A stretch of 64,000 nt of DNA from a virus (Duplodnaviria; Caudoviricetes): IMG/VR virus record IMGVR_UViG_3300027419_000027, positions 1 through 64,000 of that record; one strand, written 5' to 3'. The notes below the pieces were generated by a model that saw only the letters and a list, made by a program, of their open reading frames with translations, did not search any database and was not told the origin of the DNA. Each line of letters begins with the position of its first letter. Position 1 is the first letter of the stretch. Shown here piece after piece: positions 55,206 to 63,254 of the stretch. The position numbers were made by a program, and so were the translations under genes.

Positions 55206-56010
55206 TACCTATGACTTGTGAATTGTGTTGACGCGACCAGATCCAATAGGAGGTCGCTGCCGATACCGTCGCCACCGGCCACAGCACTCTTCGCGGCGGC
55301 CGGATCAACCCACCAATCCATGGGTCAGGATTGGCAAGCTGCTGGATTTCAGGAAGTGCAAGGGCTCGGCCGTGGATCAATACGTCAGCAACTTTTCCGC
55401 CAGTAAAATCCTGTGTCGCATCATCAGCCCAGTTTCCGATTCTCACGCCAGAGAATGGACCTCCACCCGATCTGTCTGTGTTATTCACACCACGTAAAAC
55501 ACCATCCACCCATAACTCTCTATTAGTTGCGGAAGTGCTTTGAGCGACAATATGCACCCATCTGCCAACCACGCTTACGCCATACTCTATATTCCCACCG
55601 ACGTCTCGCCAATAATACCGCACTCCATTAGAAAAATTTGAATCACCGACGTAGATGATCAGATCGTCCGTTCCGTTCACTGTGAAGGCAGCAGGCGTAG
55701 CAATTGCTGATGACGCGTACGCCCAAAACGAGATCGCATAATTCTGGTTAACGAAATACGAACTTATGTTCGGTAGTTGGATGTACTTCGTGTTTGAGAA
55801 TCCACCAACAGCGAATCTCCCGATCGTCCCATCGAACCCCCAATCACTCGACGGGTCCATCCCAGTGAGTGTGCCGTTGTAGCCGTAGACGCTTGAGTCG
55901 TGGTAGTACATGCTCCCAACGAAACGAGCCGGAGCTATCCAGGCACATACCAATTCATTGGCAAGCTGGTGCCCGTAGCTCAGTCGAGGATATTCAGGCC
56001 GAATCTGCAT
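55195..56010 (-). CDS. LamG/concanavalin A-like lectin domain protein
   Basis: YAISFWA...RWVHIV...ELWVDG...RIG...G.VADVLIHGRAL...EIQQL. Confidence 0.85.
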   Translation of the reverse strand: MQIRPEYPRLSYGHQLANELVCAWIAPARFVGSMYYHDSSVYGYNGTLTGMDPSSDWGFDGTIGRFAVGGFSNTKYIQLPNISSYFVNQNYAISFWAYASSAIATPAAFTVNGTDDLIIYVGDSNFSNGVRYYWRDVGGNIEYGVSVVGRWVHIVAQSTSATNRELWVDGVLRGVNNTDRSGGGPFSGVRIGNWADDATQDFTGGKVADVLIHGRALALPEIQQLANPDPWIGGLIRPPRRVLWPVATVSAATSYWIWSRQHNSQVIGSGV

Positions 56011-56011
56011 G

Positions 56012-56527
56012 TTAGGAAGCCGCTACGTTGCGGTAAACACCCTTAGTTGTGATCTGATTTCCGCCAGCCGCAGCTAGATGATCGTTTGTGTTGTGGGTGA
56101 CGAACAGGCAGCACTTCGCCGGACACACACCTCCGAACAGATTGGCAATCGAGAACGGCCCAAAGTAGTAGACCTTGTTTTCCACGTCGTCGCAGGTGAT
56201 GTTTGCACCTTGCTTCGCGTGGTTGCGAATCACGCTTGCGTCCACTGTTTCCGCCGATGCCGTTCCGTCAAATGGTGCAGGCCAATTGGTATCGTCCAGC
56301 ATTCCAATCACATAGATTCGGATGCTGCTGTTCAGTAAGACCGCCGTGTCACCAACAGTGATCTTTCCCGAGACGAAAATGTCCTCGTACAGATTGCTGC
56401 TGTTGTCGATAATTGGAGACTCCCAGCCATCTGTCCAAGTGGCGGAAGTGGCTAGGCCGTCCAACCCCGAGTCTACCCCCATATTGGCTGATGCGGCCCA
56501 CACTAATTTGCAATCGCCTACGGCCAT
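56012..56527 (-). CDS. hypothetical structural protein
   Basis: part of a coupled operon. Confidence 0.65.
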   Translation of the reverse strand: MAVGDCKLVWAASANMGVDSGLDGLATSATWTDGWESPIIDNSSNLYEDIFVSGKITVGDTAVLLNSSIRIYVIGMLDDTNWPAPFDGTASAETVDASVIRNHAKQGANITCDDVENKVYYFGPFSIANLFGGVCPAKCCLFVTHNTNDHLAAAGGNQITTKGVYRNVAAS

Positions 56528-56575
56528 AGTGTCATCCTTTCAAAATCCTCGAATAACTTCCCTGTCCGCCGACCA

Positions 56576-56848
56576 TCAGCACCGATGGAGCAAGGTTTTC
56601 ACTTCATGCACTTTATCTTCGCCGCCACGCTTCCGGACAAACACAATCTTCTCGACGCCCATCGCCCGAAACCGCTCCACAATCGCTCGCCAGATCGAAG
56701 GCGTCATCTGTTTCGTTACCCCCAGGATTTCCACTCGGCTTGGATCCAGGAATCTGCATGTCGCACACCACTCGTACGAGTCGCCGTAGGTCTTGCCGTC
56801 CGCGAAAACACGGACGATTCCACACAGCGGCTCGAAGTGCGCGTTCAT
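56576..56848 (-). CDS. hypothetical protein
   Basis: AAGGAG RBS. Confidence 0.6.
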   Translation of the reverse strand: MNAHFEPLCGIVRVFADGKTYGDSYEWCATCRFLDPSRVEILGVTKQMTPSIWRAIVERFRAMGVEKIVFVRKRGGEDKVHEVKTLLHRC

Positions 56849-56851
56849 GCT

Positions 56852-57166
56852 TTACTCCTTTAAGCGGTCTAGGATGTCATCGAGACGTAGCATCATGTTT
56901 CGCTGCCCGGCCACAATCTCTTTCTCCATGGCGTCCTGGCGCGTCTCCACACGGCCGACTCTCTCGGCAGTGTTGCTCGACATATTCATGGCTGTGCCGA
57001 CCCCGCCCAACATGAGCAAGAAGAAGCCCCCCAGGAAAATCAGCGTCCAGAGCGTACTTCCATGTCTCTCGCGGCATCGCGCGTGCGTCACGAATTCACT
57101 GTCTCCATTCGAGCTCGGTCGTGCGTTCATCAACTTGCCCTTCTTGCTCACAGATTCCATAATCAA
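56852..57166 (-). CDS. single-TM protein with a coiled-coil tail (holin/spanin-like candidate)
   Basis: LWTLIFLGGFFLLMLGGV followed by a coiled coil. Confidence 0.55.
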   Translation of the reverse strand: MIMESVSKKGKLMNARPSSNGDSEFVTHARCRERHGSTLWTLIFLGGFFLLMLGGVGTAMNMSSNTAERVGRVETRQDAMEKEIVAGQRNMMLRLDDILDRLKE

Positions 57167-57759
57167 TCAGCCACGATAATCACAGCGAAGTACACGCCCC
57201 GCCTCGATCTTGCCAGCCCGTCCCCGAATCGCTTGTGTGGTGTTGCGACAACCCGCCAGTGTCCCGCTGATTGCCGCCAGTCGTGGAATGCCTCGCGGGC
57301 GATGTCGTCGCCTTCTCCCGGTCTCTCCATCGCCGACACCTCCACACCGGCCATTCCGAGCTTCCGCCGAATCTCTGCATGGCGTTGGTTCCAGCCGGGG
57401 TGCCCGTCCCATCTGTAGCCTCGCTCTCCGCGCCGAGCCATCGCGTCTGCCGCCTCTTGAGCCAACTGCACCAGCAACGGGTCGCGGACGCCATCGTGGA
57501 ACCGAACTCCTGGGTAGAGTCGCGCTGCGGAAACCAGAGGTGAGTCGTCCGCGGCCTGTGCGGGGAGGATGAAGAGCAGGAGGAGGATGAGCGCTGTTGG
57601 GAGCATGGATACGTTGATCACTGTTTGCCGAATACCTCTGTACGGCTCATCAAATTCGGTGGCATCTTCATCGCAATCACGCATTTCCAACTCCTCCATT
57701 ACGGTTGCGTATCCGTCACCGAACTTCTGAATCGTAAGCCAACTATCTATCGTCGTCAT
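57163..57759 (-). CDS. CAP (SCP/Tpx-1/Ag5) domain protein
   Basis: LAQEAADAMA...GH......E.....A...WRQSAGH; signal-like segment at about 57606. Confidence 0.65.
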   Translation of the reverse strand: MTTIDSWLTIQKFGDGYATVMEELEMRDCDEDATEFDEPYRGIRQTVINVSMLPTALILLLLFILPAQAADDSPLVSAARLYPGVRFHDGVRDPLLVQLAQEAADAMARRGERGYRWDGHPGWNQRHAEIRRKLGMAGVEVSAMERPGEGDDIAREAFHDWRQSAGHWRVVATPHKRFGDGLARSRRGVYFAVIIVAD

Positions 57760-57786
57760 AGTCCTAGGTCCGTTGTGGTTCTCAGT

Positions 57787-58590
57787 CTACGCGGCCACGG
57801 CGGTCAGGCTGGAGCAAATCCCGATCATCTCGTCAGGGATCGCCCGATCGCCAGTCAACTCGATCAGGTCATCCTCATCGTGCGAATTCCGCTCGATCAC
57901 TCGGAGGTTGTTCTTCTGGCTCTCGTCCCACTCGACTCCGACAACACTCGTGGCGTGTCCCCACCAGTTATGAGCGTTGTAAATCGTGGTCCCGGTCTTT
58001 AGGATCGAAATCATGTACTGGATTCGGGACGCGATGGAATCGTTCGGCGTGTCCCACGTGTCGCCAAGAACGGACTGGAGTGCGTTTTCCTCCCAGCCAT
58101 CCTTGAACGTCTTGGGGCTCCGGCTGTGCGGGTTAGGGGTGTATTCCATCTCGCACAGCCCGTACTTTCGGAAGCCAGCCACGGCGTCTTCGAGATAGTT
58201 TCCGGCATTCTGCCAGTTGACGATTCGGCCGAGGCTGACAGGCGAGAGCAGCTTGACCGGCTTGCCCTCGATTGCTTGGGCCGTCATGAATGCCCCCGCG
58301 AGCGACCAGATCCAGCAGTAATTGAGCCCGTTCTGATTCCAGCGAAAGCCGGCCGGGGCCCACGTCGCCTGCTGGTGATACATGGGGAAGATTTTTCGCT
58401 CGTGGCACCACGCGATTACTTCCTTGTAATCCTTCGGGTCGATGAGATTGTCAGGGTACGCTTCTCCGAACGGGATCAGGTTTGGCGCGTACCCGTACAG
58501 CGTTCGGCGGGGAATAACACCCGGCTCTGCGAACGAATGACGAGCGGCGACTGGTAGCGGACGATCAGCGTCGATTATGATTCGGCTCAT
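57787..58590 (-). CDS. papain-like (C1) cysteine peptidase
   Basis: QNGLNYCW (Gln/Cys), WWGHA (His), RNSH (Asn). Confidence 0.8.
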   Translation of the reverse strand: MSRIIIDADRPLPVAARHSFAEPGVIPRRTLYGYAPNLIPFGEAYPDNLIDPKDYKEVIAWCHERKIFPMYHQQATWAPAGFRWNQNGLNYCWIWSLAGAFMTAQAIEGKPVKLLSPVSLGRIVNWQNAGNYLEDAVAGFRKYGLCEMEYTPNPHSRSPKTFKDGWEENALQSVLGDTWDTPNDSIASRIQYMISILKTGTTIYNAHNWWGHATSVVGVEWDESQKNNLRVIERNSHDEDDLIELTGDRAIPDEMIGICSSLTAVAA

Positions 58591-59456
58591 TGCTGCGCCT
58601 CCAGTAGCTTGTAGAACGCGGCCTCGTCGGCCGGCATCGGGAAATCGCGAATATCCCCGCCATCAATCGGTGCGATCGCCAGGCGGGGCAGCGAATCGCC
58701 CTTTACGGCGCCCCACCAAGGAGCCAAGTCGGACTTGACCGCAAGGTACGGCCGGCAAGTCACGCCGTTGCAGGTCGAGCGAGTCTCCATGACGGAATTG
58801 CGATCGTAGCGGCCCATGAACCGGTGCCCGGAGGCATCAAGCGACTGGCGAAACGTGAGGCTTGAGACTAACTCGATTTGTCCGGCGGACAGATCGTCAG
58901 CGTCGGTCGATTCAAGGAAGAACATCACCTGCCATTTCGCTGTAGGATTCGGCGGGGGAGGGTCCGGAGGGTTCGGTGGATTCGGAGGCAACGGAGGGTT
59001 TACGTTGCCCTCCACCACAACCATGTGTTCGACGAACTGGTTGGTCTGGTAGTTCCAATCGACAATCACGCGGTACTCGCCCGGCTGCCCGGCAGGAAAA
59101 TGAACCTGGGGCCGCATCGTAGCTCCGCCGGCGGAGAATACAATCGTGCCCTCGACATCAAGTGGGACCGCCGGCTGCCCGGGCATCAGGACGTGGGCCG
59201 TCATGGCGTTTTCGCCCATAAGCCAATCGAGCTGCGTCGTCAGGGGCTGCGTGAGGTCAAGTGCCGGCGTGCCAACGAGATAGATCGTGACCGTGCTCCC
59301 GCTCGAGGCCTTGTCGGGGCCCGACAGATCGACCGCGCCCTGTACGGCAGAGGCGGCGCTTGCCGGCGTTGCGTGCACTACGATTGACGGTTCTTGCGAT
59401 GGGCACGGCTGCCAGAGTGCGGCAGCCAGTGCGAGTGAGAGGAGTATGTTTTTCAT
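58587..59456 (-). CDS. exported protein with a Pro-rich linker
   Basis: signal-like N-terminus; PPNPPNPPDPPPP linker. Confidence 0.7.
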   Translation of the reverse strand: MKNILLSLALAAALWQPCPSQEPSIVVHATPASAASAVQGAVDLSGPDKASSGSTVTIYLVGTPALDLTQPLTTQLDWLMGENAMTAHVLMPGQPAVPLDVEGTIVFSAGGATMRPQVHFPAGQPGEYRVIVDWNYQTNQFVEHMVVVEGNVNPPLPPNPPNPPDPPPPNPTAKWQVMFFLESTDADDLSAGQIELVSSLTFRQSLDASGHRFMGRYDRNSVMETRSTCNGVTCRPYLAVKSDLAPWWGAVKGDSLPRLAIAPIDGGDIRDFPMPADEAAFYKLLEAQQ

Positions 59457-59526
59457 TGGATGAGTCCTAAAGGTGCCGGCCGACGCATCCGATCGGCTAC
59501 GCCGGCCGGCGGACCGGGGAGGTGGA

Positions 59527-59898
59527 TCACGCCGCTGTCTTCAGCTCGTCCCACGCCTGAGCCAGCAAGCCTTCGCCGGCTGTCTTTTTGGACGTGGCCT
59601 TGACTTCCTCGATAATCGCATCCTTCGCGGCGAACGACATCAGCATCGTTTGAAACACTCCCCATTCATGCTCGCGGCGAACATCCCACAGCAGGTCAGC
59701 GATGTGCCGGCGAAGCCGGTTCTCGTGTGCCGCGGACGGGTTCGCGCAGGCGGCGACGAAGCCGGCTTGCGTTTCGGAGCACTGCTCCATAAACAACTGA
59801 AGCGCTTCCATGAGAATTGGAAGCAGCAACATGAACCAGCTACCAACCTTCTCGTTCCTCGACGCTCCCAACAAAATCGTTTCGACTGCACTACTCAT
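59527..59898 (-). CDS. hypothetical protein
   Basis: GAGG RBS, ATGA overlap. Confidence 0.6.
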   Translation of the reverse strand: MSSAVETILLGASRNEKVGSWFMLLLPILMEALQLFMEQCSETQAGFVAACANPSAAHENRLRRHIADLLWDVRREHEWGVFQTMLMSFAAKDAIIEEVKATSKKTAGEGLLAQAWDELKTAA

Positions 59899-60143
59899 GG
59901 TTTGGTTTCCTCCCTTGGGTCAATTCGGAACGTAAACGGTAATTTCCAGCCCCACTTCTCCAATACGGAATCAATGAGCGGTATACCAGTCGGCTTGACG
60001 CCGATCTCGATGTTCACCCCATCGGACAAGTCCTCGATCAATACCTTGATCAGGCCGGTCGCTTGATCTGCCTTGTTCAGGGTCTGGTGCGAGTGTGACT
60101 CCAGCCCGTCCAGCCTCTGTCGTAGTCGTCTCAGTCCCATCAT
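59895..60143 (-). CDS. hypothetical protein (MMGLRRLRQRLDG...)
   Basis: coupled to the downstream gene; overlaps the 3' end of the metalloprotease. Confidence 0.55.
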   Translation of the reverse strand: MMGLRRLRQRLDGLESHSHQTLNKADQATGLIKVLIEDLSDGVNIEIGVKPTGIPLIDSVLEKWGWKLPFTFRIDPREETKP

Positions 60144-60645
60144 CCACCGCCTTTACTGTTGGTTTGCCGTACTTTGCTTGGAGCTTATTCAGGCACGATG
60201 CACAGAGCACGTTCTGTCTTCCACCCTGAATCGTCATCAGGCACTTGCCTGCCCCGACTGGATTGTTGCAGTGACCGTTCGGCAACAAAAAGATGTGGCC
60301 GTACTCGTGGAGGAAGAGACTCTTCCAAATCTTGGGATCTTTCCATTGGGCGTCCGTCTTCCACACCTTGCGGCTGTAGGTGACGTAGATGGAATTCCCG
60401 CGGACCTGTCCCCATACCGCCGAGGAACTAGTCGGACGGACGTAAATGTTCGGCCGGCTCGACCCAGTCCAGGTGATGTTCGCGAATTTGCTCCACTCTT
60501 TCTGCGCGTCCCGGCGCCCCTGGTCCAGAGCAGACCACGCTCCCACGTAGTAGCGTTCCATGCCGGATTGGTATCCGACGCTGAAGTTTCGAGCCTCGGC
60601 GGTGGAAGTGATTAGGAACAGGATGCAAAACAGTCGAACAATCAT
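59971..60645 (-). CDS. secreted zinc metalloprotease (metzincin/matrixin-like)
   Basis: signal peptide; HEYGH...H plus CLM Met-turn. Confidence 0.7.
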   Translation of the reverse strand: MIVRLFCILFLITSTAEARNFSVGYQSGMERYYVGAWSALDQGRRDAQKEWSKFANITWTGSSRPNIYVRPTSSSAVWGQVRGNSIYVTYSRKVWKTDAQWKDPKIWKSLFLHEYGHIFLLPNGHCNNPVGAGKCLMTIQGGRQNVLCASCLNKLQAKYGKPTVKAVDDGTETTTTEAGRAGVTLAPDPEQGRSSDRPDQGIDRGLVRWGEHRDRRQADWYTAH

Positions 60646-60647
60646 GC

Positions 60648-60800
60648 TTATTGCAGCCACCAAATGAGGATGTTTCCAACGATGAATCCGATAACAATTC
60701 CAACCACATCGCCAGTGAACCGCCACAGACGCATTGGTTTGTTTTCCGGCTTCGATAGCCAGTCATCCAGCCACTTGTCAATATCGGTGCGTTGGCTCAT
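60648..60800 (-). CDS. small protein with a C-terminal TM helix
   Basis: GGAGG RBS; VVGIVIGFIVGNILIWW. Confidence 0.55.
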   Translation of the reverse strand: MSQRTDIDKWLDDWLSKPENKPMRLWRFTGDVVGIVIGFIVGNILIWWLQ

Positions 60801-60816
60801 CGCTTCCTCCGTTGAA

Positions 60817-61299
60817 TCATGCTGCTTGTGCCTTAAAACGAGGTCCCGCCAAACGCACCCAGAGCCAGATATGGTTGGCCTTGGCTTCCTTCGCCCCGTT
60901 AGCTCGGCAGGCGTCGTGCAGGTCCAGATGAGCTATCGGAGAATCAACCGGGTACGGTGGCGTGCACTCCCAATCATGAACAACGAACGCTGGGAGACAG
61001 TCGGGTTGGTCTGGCGGGTAGAGCCACCAGAACAGGAATGGCACAGACCCCCCATCGAAAATGAACCCGCGTTTGACCAGGATTCTACGGCGAATTCCGT
61101 TCTCGTCCGGTGCCGTGAAGTACAGGATGTCTTCCAACAGCAGGTACTGCGGAATCTTCACCCACGGGAACAGCAGGCCCCAGATACCGGGTAGCGGCTT
61201 GCCGGCCATGTGCCTGAGACAAACATCCTGGAAGAGCAGCGGCTGCTCTGACACGGTGTCCGCGAAATAGCCGTATGGGTACTCGGTCTGATGGATCAT
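60817..61299 (-). CDS. DUF1353 domain protein
   Basis: GFIFDGGSVP..FWW...P.....A..VHDW. Confidence 0.8.
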   Translation of the reverse strand: MIHQTEYPYGYFADTVSEQPLLFQDVCLRHMAGKPLPGIWGLLFPWVKIPQYLLLEDILYFTAPDENGIRRRILVKRGFIFDGGSVPFLFWWLYPPDQPDCLPAFVVHDWECTPPYPVDSPIAHLDLHDACRANGAKEAKANHIWLWVRLAGPRFKAQAA

Positions 61300-61490
61300 T
61301 CCGCCAATCCCCCGTTCAGGAGGTCGCGGAGCAGAAGCAGCTCACGGCGGATGAGGACAGGGTCGCCGTCAGAGCGAGCGGAGTCGAGCAGATGTGCACG
61401 CTCAGAGGCAAGGCGTGCGATGTCATCGAGCGAGAGAATCTCCTCGCGGTGTGGATGGGGAATCAGCGGATCTTTACGTTGGCCTCCCAT
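61296..61490 (-). CDS. hypothetical protein
   Basis: first gene of the operon; overlap-coupled to the next gene. Confidence 0.5.
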   Translation of the reverse strand: MGGQRKDPLIPHPHREEILSLDDIARLASERAHLLDSARSDGDPVLIRRELLLLRDLLNGGLAE

Positions 61491-61528
61491 CGGTCAATTA
61501 TCCGCCTCGTGGTTAGGCGGTGCCACCC

Positions 61529-61583
61529 AAAAGAAATAGGGACGGCAACGCGGGGCGTCGTAGACACACCGCAAAGCCATCCC
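61529..61583 (-). terminator. terminator-like hairpin at the very start of the transcript
   Basis: minus strand GGGATGGC...GCCGTCCC followed by TATTTCTTTT. Confidence 0.5.
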
Positions 61584-61590
61584 ACGAAAT

Positions 61591-61618
61591 AGTGTAGCCG
61601 AGGTGGATTATTTGTCAA
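61591..61618 (-). promoter_or_regulatory. sigma70-type promoter for the fibre/lysis block
   Basis: TTGACA-16 nt-TACACT. Confidence 0.65.
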
Positions 61619-61787
61619 CAGCGGAAACAGTCGTCACGACCCCTCTCCCTTTCATGCACTTCTCGCAGTAAGGCCCATGCCCGTTGATCCACCACCACCC
61701 CAGATGATAGCCGATGCACTTGTAGCTGGTGTGGCACTTGACACATTCGGTCCACTCTGACTCTGCGTAGGTAACGTCAATTCCCAT
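61608..61787 (-). CDS. small Cys-pair (zinc finger-like) protein
   Basis: GGAGGAGG RBS; CVKC and CEKC. Confidence 0.6.
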   Translation of the reverse strand: MGIDVTYAESEWTECVKCHTSYKCIGYHLGWWWINGHGPYCEKCMKGRGVVTTVSAVDK

Positions 61788-61874
61788 CGGATCGTTTCCT
61801 CCTCCTCAAACAGCAGGCGCGGCGGCTACCGGGGGATGGTCGGTGTGTCGCGCCGCCGGCCTGCTGAGTGGTTG

Positions 61875-62063
61875 TTACTGTTCTGCAGCCTGCTTCAGTC
61901 GTATAGACAACTCCACAACACATAGCACACCGTCCACGTCAGCTAGGACAGCCATATTGCACGGTCCCAAGTCTGGTCGCATAACCGGGTCCGACAGTGC
62001 CGTTACTCCAGGATAGATTTCATGCCCCTTTATGGGCGGCAGCCTGAGTTCGCCTGTGATCAT
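61875..62063 (-). CDS. hypothetical protein
   Basis: member of an ORF chain. Confidence 0.5.
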   Translation of the reverse strand: MITGELRLPPIKGHEIYPGVTALSDPVMRPDLGPCNMAVLADVDGVLCVVELSIRLKQAAEQ

Positions 62064-62067
62064 CGTC

Positions 62068-62382
62068 TCATTCCTTGCTCGCTTTCGTAGTAATCGCCAC
62101 ATCCAGCAGGTCGAGGTCGGCCAGAATTCGGCGCTCCTGTGCGCGATACCGATCGAGCTCCGCCTTTAGACGATCGATCAGCACGTTCACCCGGTCGTTG
62201 TCCTCCAGCAGCCTCCGAATCGTCGCCGCTCGGCCGTTAGATTTTGCACCAAGACGCTTGATCTCTATAAAATCTAACGCCTCTCCTCTCCGCAATCGGC
62301 TAACCTGTTGGCACATCGCAGTCGGTCCCAGGTGATCTCGCCACGCCACTCCGCACGCCGGGCATTTGGGTTCGTCACTCAT
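62068..62382 (-). CDS. hypothetical protein (CPACG...H...C plus coiled coil)
   Basis: GAGG RBS. Confidence 0.6.
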   Translation of the reverse strand: MSDEPKCPACGVAWRDHLGPTAMCQQVSRLRRGEALDFIEIKRLGAKSNGRAATIRRLLEDNDRVNVLIDRLKAELDRYRAQERRILADLDLLDVAITTKASKE

Positions 62383-62638
62383 GCGTCGCCTCAATAGCTT
62401 TTGCTAGGATAGCTCGGAACATCTGTAACGCCTCGACTTTTGCTTGGTCGATGTCTTTTGATTCCAGTGGTTGGCAGTCGCAAATTCCATGGCATGAACA
62501 CAACCACACGTCGGGCTTGAAGTAAATGTGCCGATGCACAGACAGACGGAATTGACCGATCCTCGCATCCCATACGCGCGGTGTTCTGTCCTTCTCGCCC
62601 CGAGAGTAACTCGTTACATTCTTCCATTCAACGCTCAT
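62375..62638 (-). CDS. hypothetical protein
   Basis: ATGA overlap. Confidence 0.65.
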   Translation of the reverse strand: MSVEWKNVTSYSRGEKDRTPRVWDARIGQFRLSVHRHIYFKPDVWLCSCHGICDCQPLESKDIDQAKVEALQMFRAILAKAIEATHE

Positions 62639-62835
62639 GTCGTCTCCTTCAGCCAGGGCCACTCGATTGATCGTCTGAATTCCACCAGAGACGCGTATTC
62701 GCGTTCACACGTCTTCACTTGCTTCGTCACCAGATCCACGGTCCACGGCCGAACTCCGCAGTCCCAAAGCCACTGGTAGGCGTCTCGTTCGGCGCGTGTG
62801 AATTTGGCTGGCAGTTCGTCGCGTCGGTCAGTCAT
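62635..62835 (-). CDS. hypothetical protein (MTDRRDELP...)
   Basis: GAGG RBS. Confidence 0.55.
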   Translation of the reverse strand: MTDRRDELPAKFTRAERDAYQWLWDCGVRPWTVDLVTKQVKTCEREYASLVEFRRSIEWPWLKETT

Positions 62836-62980
62836 CGCTCGGTTCCTCGTACGCGTCGTCGATTTCGTCGTCAGCAACCTTGCCGCAAACGCTGCACGTC
62901 CATGTTGTCCATCCAGGTTCTTTTTTAACGAAACACTCGGTGACTTCCATGCAATGCGGACAGAATACCATTTCACCCAT
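62828..62980 (-). CDS. small zinc-ribbon protein (CPHC...CSVC)
   Basis: GAGG RBS; two Cys pairs. Confidence 0.6.
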   Translation of the reverse strand: MGEMVFCPHCMEVTECFVKKEPGWTTWTCSVCGKVADDEIDDAYEEPSDD

Positions 62981-63254
62981 CGCTCGGTTCCTCCCCTCTC
63001 GATCGAATCATCGCGTCAATTGCGTTGTAAAGGTTCTGGTCGCCGTTGTTGTCAACCATCCCATCCCACACGTCGTCGGGAATTTGCTCACAGATTCGGC
63101 CCCAGAGCCAGTCTGTTCCCAGCCATTCCAGCGCGTCCCACACGCGTTCGCCGAGCCATTGCTCGTGCAGGCTCCAGGGATCCTCTGATAAGTCGTACCA
63201 CTCGGAAACCGGGTGGCTCGCGATGCAGATGTAGGATGTTGATTCGAGTGTCAT
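62973..63254 (-). CDS. hypothetical protein
   Basis: GGAGG RBS, ATGA overlap with the MTase stop. Confidence 0.6.
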   Translation of the reverse strand: MTLESTSYICIASHPVSEWYDLSEDPWSLHEQWLGERVWDALEWLGTDWLWGRICEQIPDDVWDGMVDNNGDQNLYNAIDAMIRSRGEEPSDG

